IMG/VR virus record: IMGVR_UViG_3300043296_000049
Coordinates: 1 to 28,752 of that record
From: a virus
Lineage: Duplodnaviria; Caudoviricetes
DNA length: 28,752 bases
Direction: 5' to 3' (one strand)
Shown piece after piece: positions 8,634-17,546 of the stretch. Below the pieces are notes generated by a model, which was not told where the DNA came from, made no database searches, and worked only from the letters and a program-made list of their open reading frames with translations. How positions within the stretch are numbered: position 1 is the stretch's first letter; each line of letters starts with the position of its first letter. A program made the translations under genes and the position numbers.

Positions 8634-9701
8634 CTACCTCGTGTACGGTGCAATGTTAGGACGCAGGTACGCTTCCGACTCGTCGGTCTCACCATCCCAT
8701 GCGTCTTTCAAATATTTTTCTGCGTCGATATCGATGAACGGTAGCTGTGAAACATCTACCTCTTTAATCTCACGACTCAGCTGTCGAGCAAGCTCACAAA
8801 TAATTGCGAGGTACCAACGATCCGGCACCTCCAGTTCGTCTGTTAGTGCACCGACATCCTGCAACTGTCGCTGGATAAATCCGGTCACCTGATCGAACGT
8901 GAACTCAGCACCGGGTGCAGGCCACAACTCGATCTCCGGTCGTGTGCGTTGCCTGTCGTACCAGAACTGAGTCGGTCGTCCAGTGCTCGCTTTGTCAGGC
9001 AGGTTTGCGTAGTCGTTCCGATTGAGCTTGTACATCGGAATCTCGTTGGGCTTGTTCTGATAGACCAACTCAATCACATCGAGCACTGTGGTACCGGTCG
9101 CACGCAGTCGCCACGCATCGAACTCCACGACGCGACTCGGTGCCTGCACATCTTCCCAGATCCATTCGTTGGCAACGACTTCTTGCTCGGTGCGTGTGAT
9201 GTACGGCACTGCAGTCACGAAATTATCGTTCGACGCTTCGATCACATAGTCCCACGTCCCAGAGACGTTGGGCATGATGCCGAAGGTAGAGATTGCCATC
9301 GCACTGTCCAGTGCCATGGTGATCGTGCCCAACATCGACACCTGCGTGCACGCTGTCGTCAGGTCACTGTCGAACGCATTGCCAGCTACGCCTTCCGATG
9401 CAGTTGCGTCGCCAGTGAGCCGATTCTGATTACGCAAGTTGATCGTGTACGTGGCTTCAGTACCAAGAGGACACGGCACCGTCTGCACACGCTCGTAGAT
9501 CGGCAGGATGATCGGCACAACATTCCAGAGCTTGATGCCCTTATTGCTGAGCGTCATTACATACAGCCACAGCAGTTCGAGAGCAATCTGCAGATGCTCA
9601 CCTGTGATCTGTTGTTCAACCATCTTGCAACGCCGGAAGGCGTGGTCGATGAGTTGCTGGTTCAAAAATGTTGTTGAACCAATTGTCCCTGATGTCGGCA
9701 T
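8634..9701 (-). CDS. Head-tail adaptor / tail tubular protein A-like with inserted beta domain, 355 aa
   Basis: MPTSGT..LIDHAFRRC, LSNKGIKLW, LNRNDYANLPDKASTGRPTQFWYDRQ, LWPAP, VPDRWYLAI. Confidence 0.7.
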   Translation of the reverse strand: MPTSGTIGSTTFLNQQLIDHAFRRCKMVEQQITGEHLQIALELLWLYVMTLSNKGIKLWNVVPIILPIYERVQTVPCPLGTEATYTINLRNQNRLTGDATASEGVAGNAFDSDLTTACTQVSMLGTITMALDSAMAISTFGIMPNVSGTWDYVIEASNDNFVTAVPYITRTEQEVVANEWIWEDVQAPSRVVEFDAWRLRATGTTVLDVIELVYQNKPNEIPMYKLNRNDYANLPDKASTGRPTQFWYDRQRTRPEIELWPAPGAEFTFDQVTGFIQRQLQDVGALTDELEVPDRWYLAIICELARQLSREIKEVDVSQLPFIDIDAEKYLKDAWDGETDESEAYLRPNIAPYTR

Positions 9702-9814
9702 CTATCTCGCTCCGCGTGCGCTACTTCCCCGTCCACCGCGTGGACGTTGTTGATGTCCGCGTGGGCGAGGAGCTTTGATGTGTTTGTCCATTACATTCTC
9801 AGCTTCTCGCCTCG

Positions 9815-10453
9815 CTATTTTTTTATGCTGCCACCTCTCGCGTACCCAACGCTGCCACCTTTGCACTTGACGTTCTTCGGCATGCCTGCCTTCGAAGCTT
9901 GACGTGCATTTTTGGGTGCTTTCAGTTTATGCTTACCGTGCAAAACTTTTTTGGCATGTTTAAGAGCAGCATCAGCCAGTGCACCACCACCAGAACTAGC
10001 CGCAGCTTTCATGTAGCCGCCCTTTTTCAGTCCCGGCTTCAAACGTCCAGTGCCACCAGCTTCTGCTTCGGCCTGATTGCGGGCATTCTTCCCGCGACGA
10101 GCGGGCTGAACACCATGGTCCATGGTCTTCTGCTTGCCCTTCTTCATCTTGAACTCATCGGAGGTGTCGCCGCTCGCACCGTACTTCTTCACCTGACCAC
10201 CGTACTTGTAGCCCATCTTTGCGCCAGCTTTCTTCAGCTTGCCGTGCATGCCGCCTTTCATGTAACCACCTTTCGCACGAGGCGTCGTGATCGTCACATC
10301 ATCGACTTGGATCTCACGCTCTGGTCCCATGAAGCCGCCTGCCATTTTCTTCACTGGACCACCACGTTTGTAGCCCTTGACGCGAGAACCAGTGAAGCCC
10401 TGTTCCGAAGGGAATTCAAATTCCCCGTATGTTAATCCAACGTTCCGTTTCAT
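9815..10453 (-). CDS. Highly basic Lys/Gly-rich protein with repeated xxGG motifs, 212 aa (possible internal DNA-binding virion protein)
   Basis: GYKRGG, MAGG, AKGGYMKGG, GYKYGG, LKKGG, CKGG, GYARGG; ATGA overlap with the upstream gene. Confidence 0.75.
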   Translation of the reverse strand: MKRNVGLTYGEFEFPSEQGFTGSRVKGYKRGGPVKKMAGGFMGPEREIQVDDVTITTPRAKGGYMKGGMHGKLKKAGAKMGYKYGGQVKKYGASGDTSDEFKMKKGKQKTMDHGVQPARRGKNARNQAEAEAGGTGRLKPGLKKGGYMKAAASSGGGALADAALKHAKKVLHGKHKLKAPKNARQASKAGMPKNVKCKGGSVGYARGGSIKK

Positions 10454-10941
10454 GAGTCTGGATCTCCTGTGATCTGTTGAATTCGTTGCCGAATCTGTTC
10501 TTTGTGGCCGCGTAAATTTTCGATGCCTTGGCCCAGTGCATCTTTGACCTGACGAGTTGCGCCAGTCTTAAAGCCTTGCATCGTAGTGATGCTTGTGTCG
10601 ATTTCATCTCGCTCAGCTCGCAGCTCGATCAATTCAAGGGCTGCATCAGCTGGCTTAGTTTCTTGGAGCTGTCCGATAGTACTGAGCGAATCGAACAATG
10701 CTCTGTGCGCCACCGCATCGTCAATGATGCTTAAACGCATGTTGTTATAGGTGGGGTTGTTGATCACTCCCACTCGATTGATTTCCCCTGCAACGGCATC
10801 AATCAAAGCCGTAGCCTCAGCGTTACTGAAGTTACTGGTGATGACGGTACGAATCGCATCAGCGAAGCCACCCTTGTTGAGCGTATTGTCAGCAACGACT
10901 GCGTCGATGCCTGCTTGCCATGCGTCTGAGAGAGTCGTCAT
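10450..10941 (-). CDS. Hypothetical alpha-helical protein, 163 aa
   Basis: GAGG SD; tightly packed in the operon; coiled-coil-like C-terminus. Confidence 0.7.
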   Translation of the reverse strand: MTTLSDAWQAGIDAVVADNTLNKGGFADAIRTVITSNFSNAEATALIDAVAGEINRVGVINNPTYNNMRLSIIDDAVAHRALFDSLSTIGQLQETKPADAALELIELRAERDEIDTSITTMQGFKTGATRQVKDALGQGIENLRGHKEQIRQRIQQITGDPDS

Positions 10942-10942
10942 A

Positions 10943-13429
10943 TTATTTCCTCAGTGCCGTGTAGATGAAATCACCATCAACCAAATCGATGATGCCCACC
11001 CCAGTCGTATTTGTCAGGTGAATCTCAAATGCAATGCCAAGAGCCACTGCGATAGGGTTCGTAGCATCCGCGAACGGGAAAGTAATGTCCATGGTGTACA
11101 TGTCTCCGATTGCAAGCCTACCAGTCACCGCTGTAAATTGTCCGGTGACCTGAGTGCTCGCCTTAGCAATCCCCGCTCCAGTCGCAATCGTCGGTGCAGT
11201 GTAATCGCAAGTGAAGTCGCAAGTATCTCCGTTGGTCTCGACCGCAGCGAGAGAAAACTGGAGCCGGAGGGTAATATCATGATTCCTGTCCAAATCCTCG
11301 GGGAAGGAGTGGTACAAGGATGCCAGTTCACCGACCAGTGCAAACTGGAGCGCTGCAATCGTTGGCGTCGAGCCGATGGTAACATCCGTGGGCGCAGTCA
11401 CACCTCTACGGAACTGGTCTCCGCTCAGGTGTAAGGTCTGTAGAGGAGGTGCCGCTTTGTCGATGATGCGCCAACGTGAATTAGTCGTATCGTAACGCAC
11501 CTTGATTGTCTCGTCCGCTTCGAGCGTGTAGGTGTCGTTCGTAGCGGTGATGATGCGGTTGGCTGCTAGTGATGCTACATCCTCATCCGTAATTTCAATA
11601 GCATTCGCACTGATGTTTGTCAGGTCAAATGTGTCACCGTCTTCAGCTGCAGTCGCATCGATACCAGTCAAGACAGATGTCGTCGCGTTGCCACTGATCC
11701 GTGCCCAATGTCGCATATTTGCGCTGAACGCATCCGTCAACAAGCCGGTCCAATCGTTGTTGTTGCCTGCACCCAGTGCTGCCGGAGTGATCGGCGGATA
11801 CTCCATCGCGCCTCGAACACGAACACGACCACCGCTCAAGTCAAGTGCGTTGTTTGCCGGTAGCCACTGCATCTCCGCGTCAGGTGTAGCGATGACGTTG
11901 CCCATGGAGAAAGACGTGTCATCATCGACATGAACGTTGCCAGCACCGAAGTCAGATTGCGCGCCACCTGTATTCAAGATGAGGTAGTTCGATGCGAAGT
12001 TTATGATGGCTGAGCGAACTGCTATCCGACTGCCCGAAACAACGAGACCAGTGAGCACATCCATGTCGAGGCCAATCCAGTCAGTTGCGATCTCAGAACC
12101 GATACCGAGACCAAAGAGAATGGTCGTAGCATTGGTCATGTGAACGCCACGGATAACTCCGTAGTTTGCGACTGCCGTTGCGTTGCGCGTATTAAAAAGA
12201 GGCTGGAGAATCAGTCCAGTAGTGCTACCAAGATTCAGTTCGTCACCTGCGTTATCGACACGGATGATTGGAGCGAAACTGAACCCACGATAAGTAACGA
12301 CCGGGGTGACTCCTGCGCCAGTTATATGATACTGACCCTGAGCCGCGTACATGAAAGATTGTGAAGGTGAAATGCCAACAGTCGTTGATCGATATGTAGG
12401 TCTCGCAAAGAACAGTGTCTGTACCGCGAACCCCGGATTGACCGTCCACCGAATGTTACTGAGGTCATCTACGGTTGAAGAAATGAACGTAGGAGAATCG
12501 ACAGTGAGGATGTTCGCAACTTGGAAGAGACCAGCGACTGCCAATCCAGTAGCGGGAATAGTGTTCGCCCATCGGATTGCATAGAAACCAATATCTGTAG
12601 TCCAATCAAAATCGATAAGAATCGTACCGTGAGTATTGATCGTGCCACGACCCGCAGCATTCGCCCCTTGGAGATTCAGAATGTCGGCTACACCAGTACC
12701 ACCGAAGATGTCACTGCCGGTCGTATTCATGCGCATCAGATCAACGTCTGCCTCATCTCTCACTGCGAAGACATCACCTCCGACAGCGTTCGCATCAATC
12801 GTCAACTCATCAGTAGGATTGACAGTAATCTGTGGGACTGTTGGATCGACATCGTATAGAGTTTGCAAACTGCTCAGACCTAGAGCAGCAGCAAGGTCTA
12901 CACTGATGGGAGACGCGCCGAATGTCTGCGTCAAGTTCAGTATCGTTCCGAAAAGACCACTCAGGAACAGACTCGTGACGACCTGATCAACTGCCGTTAT
13001 CGTCTTGGTGCTTCCTACACCACTGGCTGTGATGCTGGCACCTACGAAATCAAGAGAGGTCGCTAAAGTCGCTAGCGGAACGCCCTCTTCCTCAATGGTA
13101 ATGCCAGTGCCAGCTGGAACTGAGTAGGCTCCGGTTTCGTCAAGGAAGTTGGTTGCGGCACCAGCCGCAGTGAGCGTCACTCCGTTGACGGACACGCCAG
13201 TGATGGCTGCGTCGAGATTGACAATGGGATTGATAGGATCCGCCGCATTGACGTTAATATTAACGCCACCGACAACGGAATCTACCTGCCCACCTCCGCC
13301 TCCACCGGCAAGCCAATCGTAGTCGTAGTTATCAGGGGTGAGCTTGGTTAGAACTTCTCCAGTCGCGCCGTCATCCGGGATCTGTATCGCTACAATCCCT
13401 GAGAAACCTAGACCCGACTGTGCAGTCAT
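10943..13429 (-). CDS. Large fibre/spike-like virion protein, 828 aa
   Basis: GATGEVLTK...YDW, poly-Gly hinge, shared fibre modules and a beta-rich body; GAGGT SD. Confidence 0.7.
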   Translation of the reverse strand: MTAQSGLGFSGIVAIQIPDDGATGEVLTKLTPDNYDYDWLAGGGGGGQVDSVVGGVNINVNAADPINPIVNLDAAITGVSVNGVTLTAAGAATNFLDETGAYSVPAGTGITIEEEGVPLATLATSLDFVGASITASGVGSTKTITAVDQVVTSLFLSGLFGTILNLTQTFGASPISVDLAAALGLSSLQTLYDVDPTVPQITVNPTDELTIDANAVGGDVFAVRDEADVDLMRMNTTGSDIFGGTGVADILNLQGANAAGRGTINTHGTILIDFDWTTDIGFYAIRWANTIPATGLAVAGLFQVANILTVDSPTFISSTVDDLSNIRWTVNPGFAVQTLFFARPTYRSTTVGISPSQSFMYAAQGQYHITGAGVTPVVTYRGFSFAPIIRVDNAGDELNLGSTTGLILQPLFNTRNATAVANYGVIRGVHMTNATTILFGLGIGSEIATDWIGLDMDVLTGLVVSGSRIAVRSAIINFASNYLILNTGGAQSDFGAGNVHVDDDTSFSMGNVIATPDAEMQWLPANNALDLSGGRVRVRGAMEYPPITPAALGAGNNNDWTGLLTDAFSANMRHWARISGNATTSVLTGIDATAAEDGDTFDLTNISANAIEITDEDVASLAANRIITATNDTYTLEADETIKVRYDTTNSRWRIIDKAAPPLQTLHLSGDQFRRGVTAPTDVTIGSTPTIAALQFALVGELASLYHSFPEDLDRNHDITLRLQFSLAAVETNGDTCDFTCDYTAPTIATGAGIAKASTQVTGQFTAVTGRLAIGDMYTMDITFPFADATNPIAVALGIAFEIHLTNTTGVGIIDLVDGDFIYTALRK
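12992..13102 (-). repeat. Fibre module A, copy 3 (ITIEEEGVPLATLATSLDFVGASITASGVGSTKTITA)
   Basis: Ungapped alignment to copies 1 and 2. Confidence 0.9.
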
Positions 13430-13437
13430 GAGTTACC

Positions 13438-14001
13438 TCAGACTACAGTGTTGATCAGCTCGCGCACCTTCACGAGCTGGTCTTCTTTCCCTTTAAGCTC
13501 ATTAGCTCTCGTATCGAGGGCATCAGCTTTCTGTTGGAGTGAGGCTTCCCGACCATCCAACTCACCTGCGCGAGCTTCGTTGGTTCTCTTTTCGGATTCC
13601 ACGGCAGCAACAGTGCTCTCCGCCCGCGTGAGCGCTAATTTTTCGCGGTCATGTAGGCTTTGCGCCTCTGCCGTTAATGCATCCGCTTCCTGCGTGCTTT
13701 TTTCCACGATCAGCTGCGCCTGAGTTTTAGCCTCCTCGACAATAGCTTCGCTTTTCTCCAGCGCTTCCGCCAACGCTGTGTCAGCTTCTGCTCGGGCCTG
13801 CTTAGCCTGCTCTTTGATGATGCCGATCTCGCTAACATCACCGATTACAGCAGCAGCCTCCTGCGCTTTGCTCTGCAGCTCCTCGAAGTCTGCAACCTTC
13901 TTTGCAAGTTGGGGTGAGTCCTCAAAAAGGAAACGCGGGACGCGAACAAAGTCGCTCCCCACGTTACCAGCCATGTCTCCGCCTGCCAGTCCGTTGCTCA
14001 T
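13438..14001 (-). CDS. Coiled-coil protein, 187 aa (alternative start 13974)
   Basis: Ala/Glu/Lys/Gln-rich heptads; ATGA overlap with the upstream gene. Confidence 0.7.
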   Translation of the reverse strand: MSNGLAGGDMAGNVGSDFVRVPRFLFEDSPQLAKKVADFEELQSKAQEAAAVIGDVSEIGIIKEQAKQARAEADTALAEALEKSEAIVEEAKTQAQLIVEKSTQEADALTAEAQSLHDREKLALTRAESTVAAVESEKRTNEARAGELDGREASLQQKADALDTRANELKGKEDQLVKVRELINTVV

Positions 14002-14636
14002 GCCGCTAACCCCGCTTGAACGAGATCGAACTCACAGGTGCCAATACCGGAGTTGGTAAGCAACCTGACTGCCTGAGGAGGGAACGCCAAGTTGCCGTCC
14101 GCATCTGCCGTCTCTCCTGCGAGAGTTGGGTGATCGAACCACGTGAGAATGGTGCTGGCGTCTTCCCACGGACTGTCGAACGTATGCTGCACAGTGACGT
14201 TCACCGTTCCCGTGATGATAAGTGCGAGACCGATGCTCGTCGGTGTTACGTTCTTATCGACAGGAATAACAATGGAACCACCAACTCCGTTAGTGCCGAT
14301 TTCAATATTGGTCCCGACAGCAGCATCAGCAAAGATCGAATCCACAGTGAGGAAGTCGAGCTGAGTTTCGACGGTCCCAGCAGCGGGACCAGCAATCGTT
14401 TCGCTGATGGGACGATTCTGCTCATCAGTGCCTGTGATCGTGAAGTTGATGCCGCTAAGAGCACCGACAGACTCCAATTCCACTCGCCGCTGCACATCGA
14501 GCGTCGCAGGTGCAACGCCCCCGTCAGAAAAAGCTCCGTTGATCAGCAAGAAGCCTGCACCTCCTATCTGCTGATCTACGCAAATTCCATTGGGGTCCGC
14601 TGCATCCAGCTGCCTAATTTGCTGAATAGGTCTCAT
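13998..14636 (-). CDS. Virion structural protein, 212 aa
   Basis: INFTITGTD..ISETIAGP and VTVQHTFD...PPQAVRL; located two genes downstream of the capsid gene; AGGAG SD. Confidence 0.65.
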   Translation of the reverse strand: MRPIQQIRQLDAADPNGICVDQQIGGAGFLLINGAFSDGGVAPATLDVQRRVELESVGALSGINFTITGTDEQNRPISETIAGPAAGTVETQLDFLTVDSIFADAAVGTNIEIGTNGVGGSIVIPVDKNVTPTSIGLALIITGTVNVTVQHTFDSPWEDASTILTWFDHPTLAGETADADGNLAFPPQAVRLLTNSGIGTCEFDLVQAGLAA

Positions 14637-14647
14637 GTCCGCTCTCC

Positions 14648-15334
14648 TTAGCTACGCTCGGTCGCCGCGAAGAGGTAATCGAGGTCCAGAGCTACGGCAC
14701 CTGAAGCACCTGCAAACACACTGAGCGTCGGAGCCAAGGGTCCAACCGGCAACGTTGATGCGTCAAGGAAGCCCAGAGGCGTACCGTTGGCACCGTAGTA
14801 AATCCGATCTTGTCCATCCCAGTAGAACTCGACAGTGAACGACGTGGCATCAGCAATCGATGCGACGGCAAGCGCTACATCGATGTCTGCGCTACCAGAT
14901 CGAAGCAGGACATCCAGATCGAGATCACTCGTGTCCTTGCGGAACTGGATACAGTTGTTGGGAACCAGTGCAGCACTGTCGGCCAGACCGACGTTGATGT
15001 TGCATTCCGTTGCCTCGTCCACTTCGATCTTCGCGCGGAAGTAGGTCGGCCTCGGTTGAGTAATGTCAAAGTTATCGGGAACCTTGATCATCGACTCTTC
15101 GTTGGTCGCCACTGCTCCAGTTGTAAGCTGAAGTACACCACCGTCAGCAGCTATCTGTGCAGTCGCACCGGTAGTAACCAGCGTCCACTGCGCAGCGATA
15201 AATTCATCGAAATCTTCCATAAAAGTATGGAAGCGTGAGGGATCGAGTTGTGCCATCGATCCGAAAAGGTCTCCGGCATTACGGTTGTTGAGACCGTTGT
15301 CGAAGTTGGTCATTTGAATGTTAACTAAACCCAT
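14648..15334 (-). CDS. Putative capsid-associated/decoration protein, 228 aa
   Basis: First gene after the major capsid gene; HTFMEDFDEF and a beta-sandwich-like pattern; GGAG SD. Confidence 0.6.
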   Translation of the reverse strand: MGLVNIQMTNFDNGLNNRNAGDLFGSMAQLDPSRFHTFMEDFDEFIAAQWTLVTTGATAQIAADGGVLQLTTGAVATNEESMIKVPDNFDITQPRPTYFRAKIEVDEATECNINVGLADSAALVPNNCIQFRKDTSDLDLDVLLRSGSADIDVALAVASIADATSFTVEFYWDGQDRIYYGANGTPLGFLDASTLPVGPLAPTLSVFAGASGAVALDLDYLFAATERS

Positions 15335-15367
15335 GTTGGTTTCTCCAATTCACGTATGGAGAAGTTA

Positions 15368-15391
15368 GGGGGGACATTCGATAGCCCCCCC
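15368..15391 (-). terminator. GC-rich hairpin after the major capsid gene (weak terminator or mRNA stabiliser)
   Basis: Minus strand GGGGGGG-CTATCGAATGT-CCCCCC followed by TAACTTCT, which is a poor U-tract. Confidence 0.5.
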
Positions 15392-15416
15392 ACCCTTCTG
15401 CGTTGTTGGGACTTAC

Positions 15417-16346
15417 TTACAGTCCCGGTGTGCCGTAAACCGCACGCGGGTCCGTCCAGTCCGGAATGTAACGTTCCGTGGACTTGTACCGCATGGAATC
15501 GGTCTCGAAATCACCTTCCATCGACTTCTCCAGCCCGCGACGTTTCATCAGCTGCATACCGCGAGGTGCATCCGTCTGGACCCACCATGCAGTTGTGCTC
15601 GTGATACGCGACAGATTGGCCTGACCTTGAGACAGAAGTCCCATCGACAAGATCGGGTTGATGTCGTTGTTCGCTGTGCCAGCGCGCAGGACACTCTTCA
15701 GCAGAACTTCTGCTTGGAATACCTGACTCGGACCAGTGACAATCTTGAGAGGCTGCAACCGGATCCGCTTACCGTTATTGTCCACGGCATTACGGATCTG
15801 GATGAGCATCTGCTCAAGCGACGTCTGCGATAAAGCTGCAGCAGTCGTCAACAGGTTCGAGAAAACGCCACCAGCAGATCCACCCGGTGCTATTGGGTGA
15901 TTGGTAACGTTCAGCGCTACACCGTCACCACCAACGAACGCACCATTGAAGGCACGGTTGAGGATGTTGGCGCAGAGCGTCTCTTTCGTTTCGATCATAG
16001 ACTGGGCGAGATGCTCAGAATAAATCCGACCGATTCGAATGTGGTCGCCGTCTTCGACCAAGACTTTGGTAAGCGCGAACGCCAGACCGAAGACCTTGTA
16101 GACGTAACGCTGAATGAACAGCACTCCGCCTGCGTCGAATGTCACCGGGGTGCCGTCAGGCATCTCCGGCGCAGCATTGAATCCGAAGAGGACCGGCTCT
16201 TCATGGTACGAACGGGGGGTACCCTTTCGATCCGTGAAAACACCTTTCCATTCATCGGCGCGTTGGTTATAGATTCCGTCAAAAGTCTCGTTGAGTATCG
16301 GCTCGACAATTGATCGGAAGTCAGTACTTCTCATTGGCACTGCCAT
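15417..16346 (-). CDS. Major capsid protein (HK97 fold, Mu gpT-like), 309 aa
   Basis: ETLCANILNRAF..GGDGVAL...HP, LSQTSLEQMLIQI, GTANNDINPI, GDFETDSMRYKSTERY...WTDPRAVYGTPG. Strong AGGAG SD; downstream of the scaffold gene. Confidence 0.9.
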   Translation of the reverse strand: MAVPMRSTDFRSIVEPILNETFDGIYNQRADEWKGVFTDRKGTPRSYHEEPVLFGFNAAPEMPDGTPVTFDAGGVLFIQRYVYKVFGLAFALTKVLVEDGDHIRIGRIYSEHLAQSMIETKETLCANILNRAFNGAFVGGDGVALNVTNHPIAPGGSAGGVFSNLLTTAAALSQTSLEQMLIQIRNAVDNNGKRIRLQPLKIVTGPSQVFQAEVLLKSVLRAGTANNDINPILSMGLLSQGQANLSRITSTTAWWVQTDAPRGMQLMKRRGLEKSMEGDFETDSMRYKSTERYIPDWTDPRAVYGTPGL

Positions 16347-16375
16347 GATTTAACTCCTTATCAGTTATCCAGCGT

Positions 16376-16939
16376 CTAAGACTTCAGTACAGAGTACGCG
16401 TTGTAGGCATGCTCAGCGATCTGAACCTGTGCAATGGTGAAGGCGTCGCCAACAACATTATCAGGTGCAGGATTGATGCCAACAACACGGAGTTGTAAGG
16501 CAGCATTCGCAAGCGTGCCTGTGTCCAGCGCAACTGAAGACAGACCTGTAGTGGTATTCCCGGCGAGGGCAGTGTAGTCGGCTTGATCACCAACATTCAG
16601 TTGAGCGATTGGACCGTCACCCTGAATCTCGTAGATCGTGAACGGATCACCGACGTAGTAAGCGACAATATCTGTGCCCACCTCGTTTGCGATCCACCGA
16701 TTACCCACACGCCGACGACCGTCAGTGCCAGTCCACTCAACGCCTGCAAAGACGCCAAGAACACCTGCAACACCTGCGACCGCTTGAATCAGCGCGCCCG
16801 TACCGTCATCGATACGTACCGGGGAGAATTGAAAAATATCCGTCGGGTGCCCGGAAACAATCGTACTCAGTTGTTGCCTAATAATGCCTGAGGGATGGAA
16901 TGCCGGTTTTAACCCGAACGGAGATGCTACTGAACTCAT
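16376..16939 (-). CDS. Putative capsid cement/head decoration protein, 187 aa
   Basis: SPFGLKP, LGVFAGVEW, DPFTIYEIQ, GNTTTGLS, LRVVG; immediately upstream of the major capsid gene. Confidence 0.65.
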   Translation of the reverse strand: MSSVASPFGLKPAFHPSGIIRQQLSTIVSGHPTDIFQFSPVRIDDGTGALIQAVAGVAGVLGVFAGVEWTGTDGRRRVGNRWIANEVGTDIVAYYVGDPFTIYEIQGDGPIAQLNVGDQADYTALAGNTTTGLSSVALDTGTLANAALQLRVVGINPAPDNVVGDAFTIAQVQIAEHAYNAYSVLKS

Positions 16940-16959
16940 GAGAGAGCCCTCCAGTTAAG

Positions 16960-17544
16960 TTAATACTCATCCGGAACCTCCCCTGTCGCAAGTGCGAACG
17001 CAGGAGGTTCTGGAGCCACTCCCAACGCTGCTGTGCCATCTTCAAGTTCAAGGCTTACCACACCGCGTTTTGCTGCGGCGTTCATCTCAGCTTCCATAGC
17101 ACGGATTTGGCTGCTCAACTTCTCTTCTTCATTGAGAGGTTGCTCGTGATGATTGATGTACATGTACGATTCGTACAGTTCGAGAGGAAGCTTGAAAGCA
17201 ATCATCTCGTTAACACCAATACAGCCTTCCCACTCACCGGTCTTGAGGGACGCATGGTCCCAACCGGCTATGTCCGCAGCTCTAATCGGCTCGTAGCCCA
17301 GCCGAATGCGCGCATGAATCGGGTCGCGTGGATTTTCCGTGGTCAGCCAACAAACGTGGTAACCGTTGATCTTCGGAATATCTGGCAATGCAGATTGGAA
17401 ATACTGCTGGCGAAACTCTTCCACCCGTTCATCGTCTGATAGCTTGCGGTCTTGCGTCACATTACGGTCTTGCATGTGACGATCTGCGCGTACTCCCGAT
17501 TGATCGGAATTCAGTCTCGTGTCACTTCGTCTTTTCGCTGCCAT
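16960..17544 (-). CDS. Head-module hypothetical protein, 194 aa
   Basis: PKINGYHVCWL...RLGYEP...GCIGVNEMIAFKLP; lies between the scaffold and cement genes; GGAGG SD. Confidence 0.75.
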   Translation of the reverse strand: MAAKRRSDTRLNSDQSGVRADRHMQDRNVTQDRKLSDDERVEEFRQQYFQSALPDIPKINGYHVCWLTTENPRDPIHARIRLGYEPIRAADIAGWDHASLKTGEWEGCIGVNEMIAFKLPLELYESYMYINHHEQPLNEEEKLSSQIRAMEAEMNAAAKRGVVSLELEDGTAALGVAPEPPAFALATGEVPDEY

Positions 17545-17546
17545 GA

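Noticed and set aside
1790-13429. Possible diversity-generating retroelement TR/VR among the fibre repeats
   Set aside because: All copies are in-frame coding and internal, differences are not adenine-specific, and no reverse transcriptase is seen in the window.
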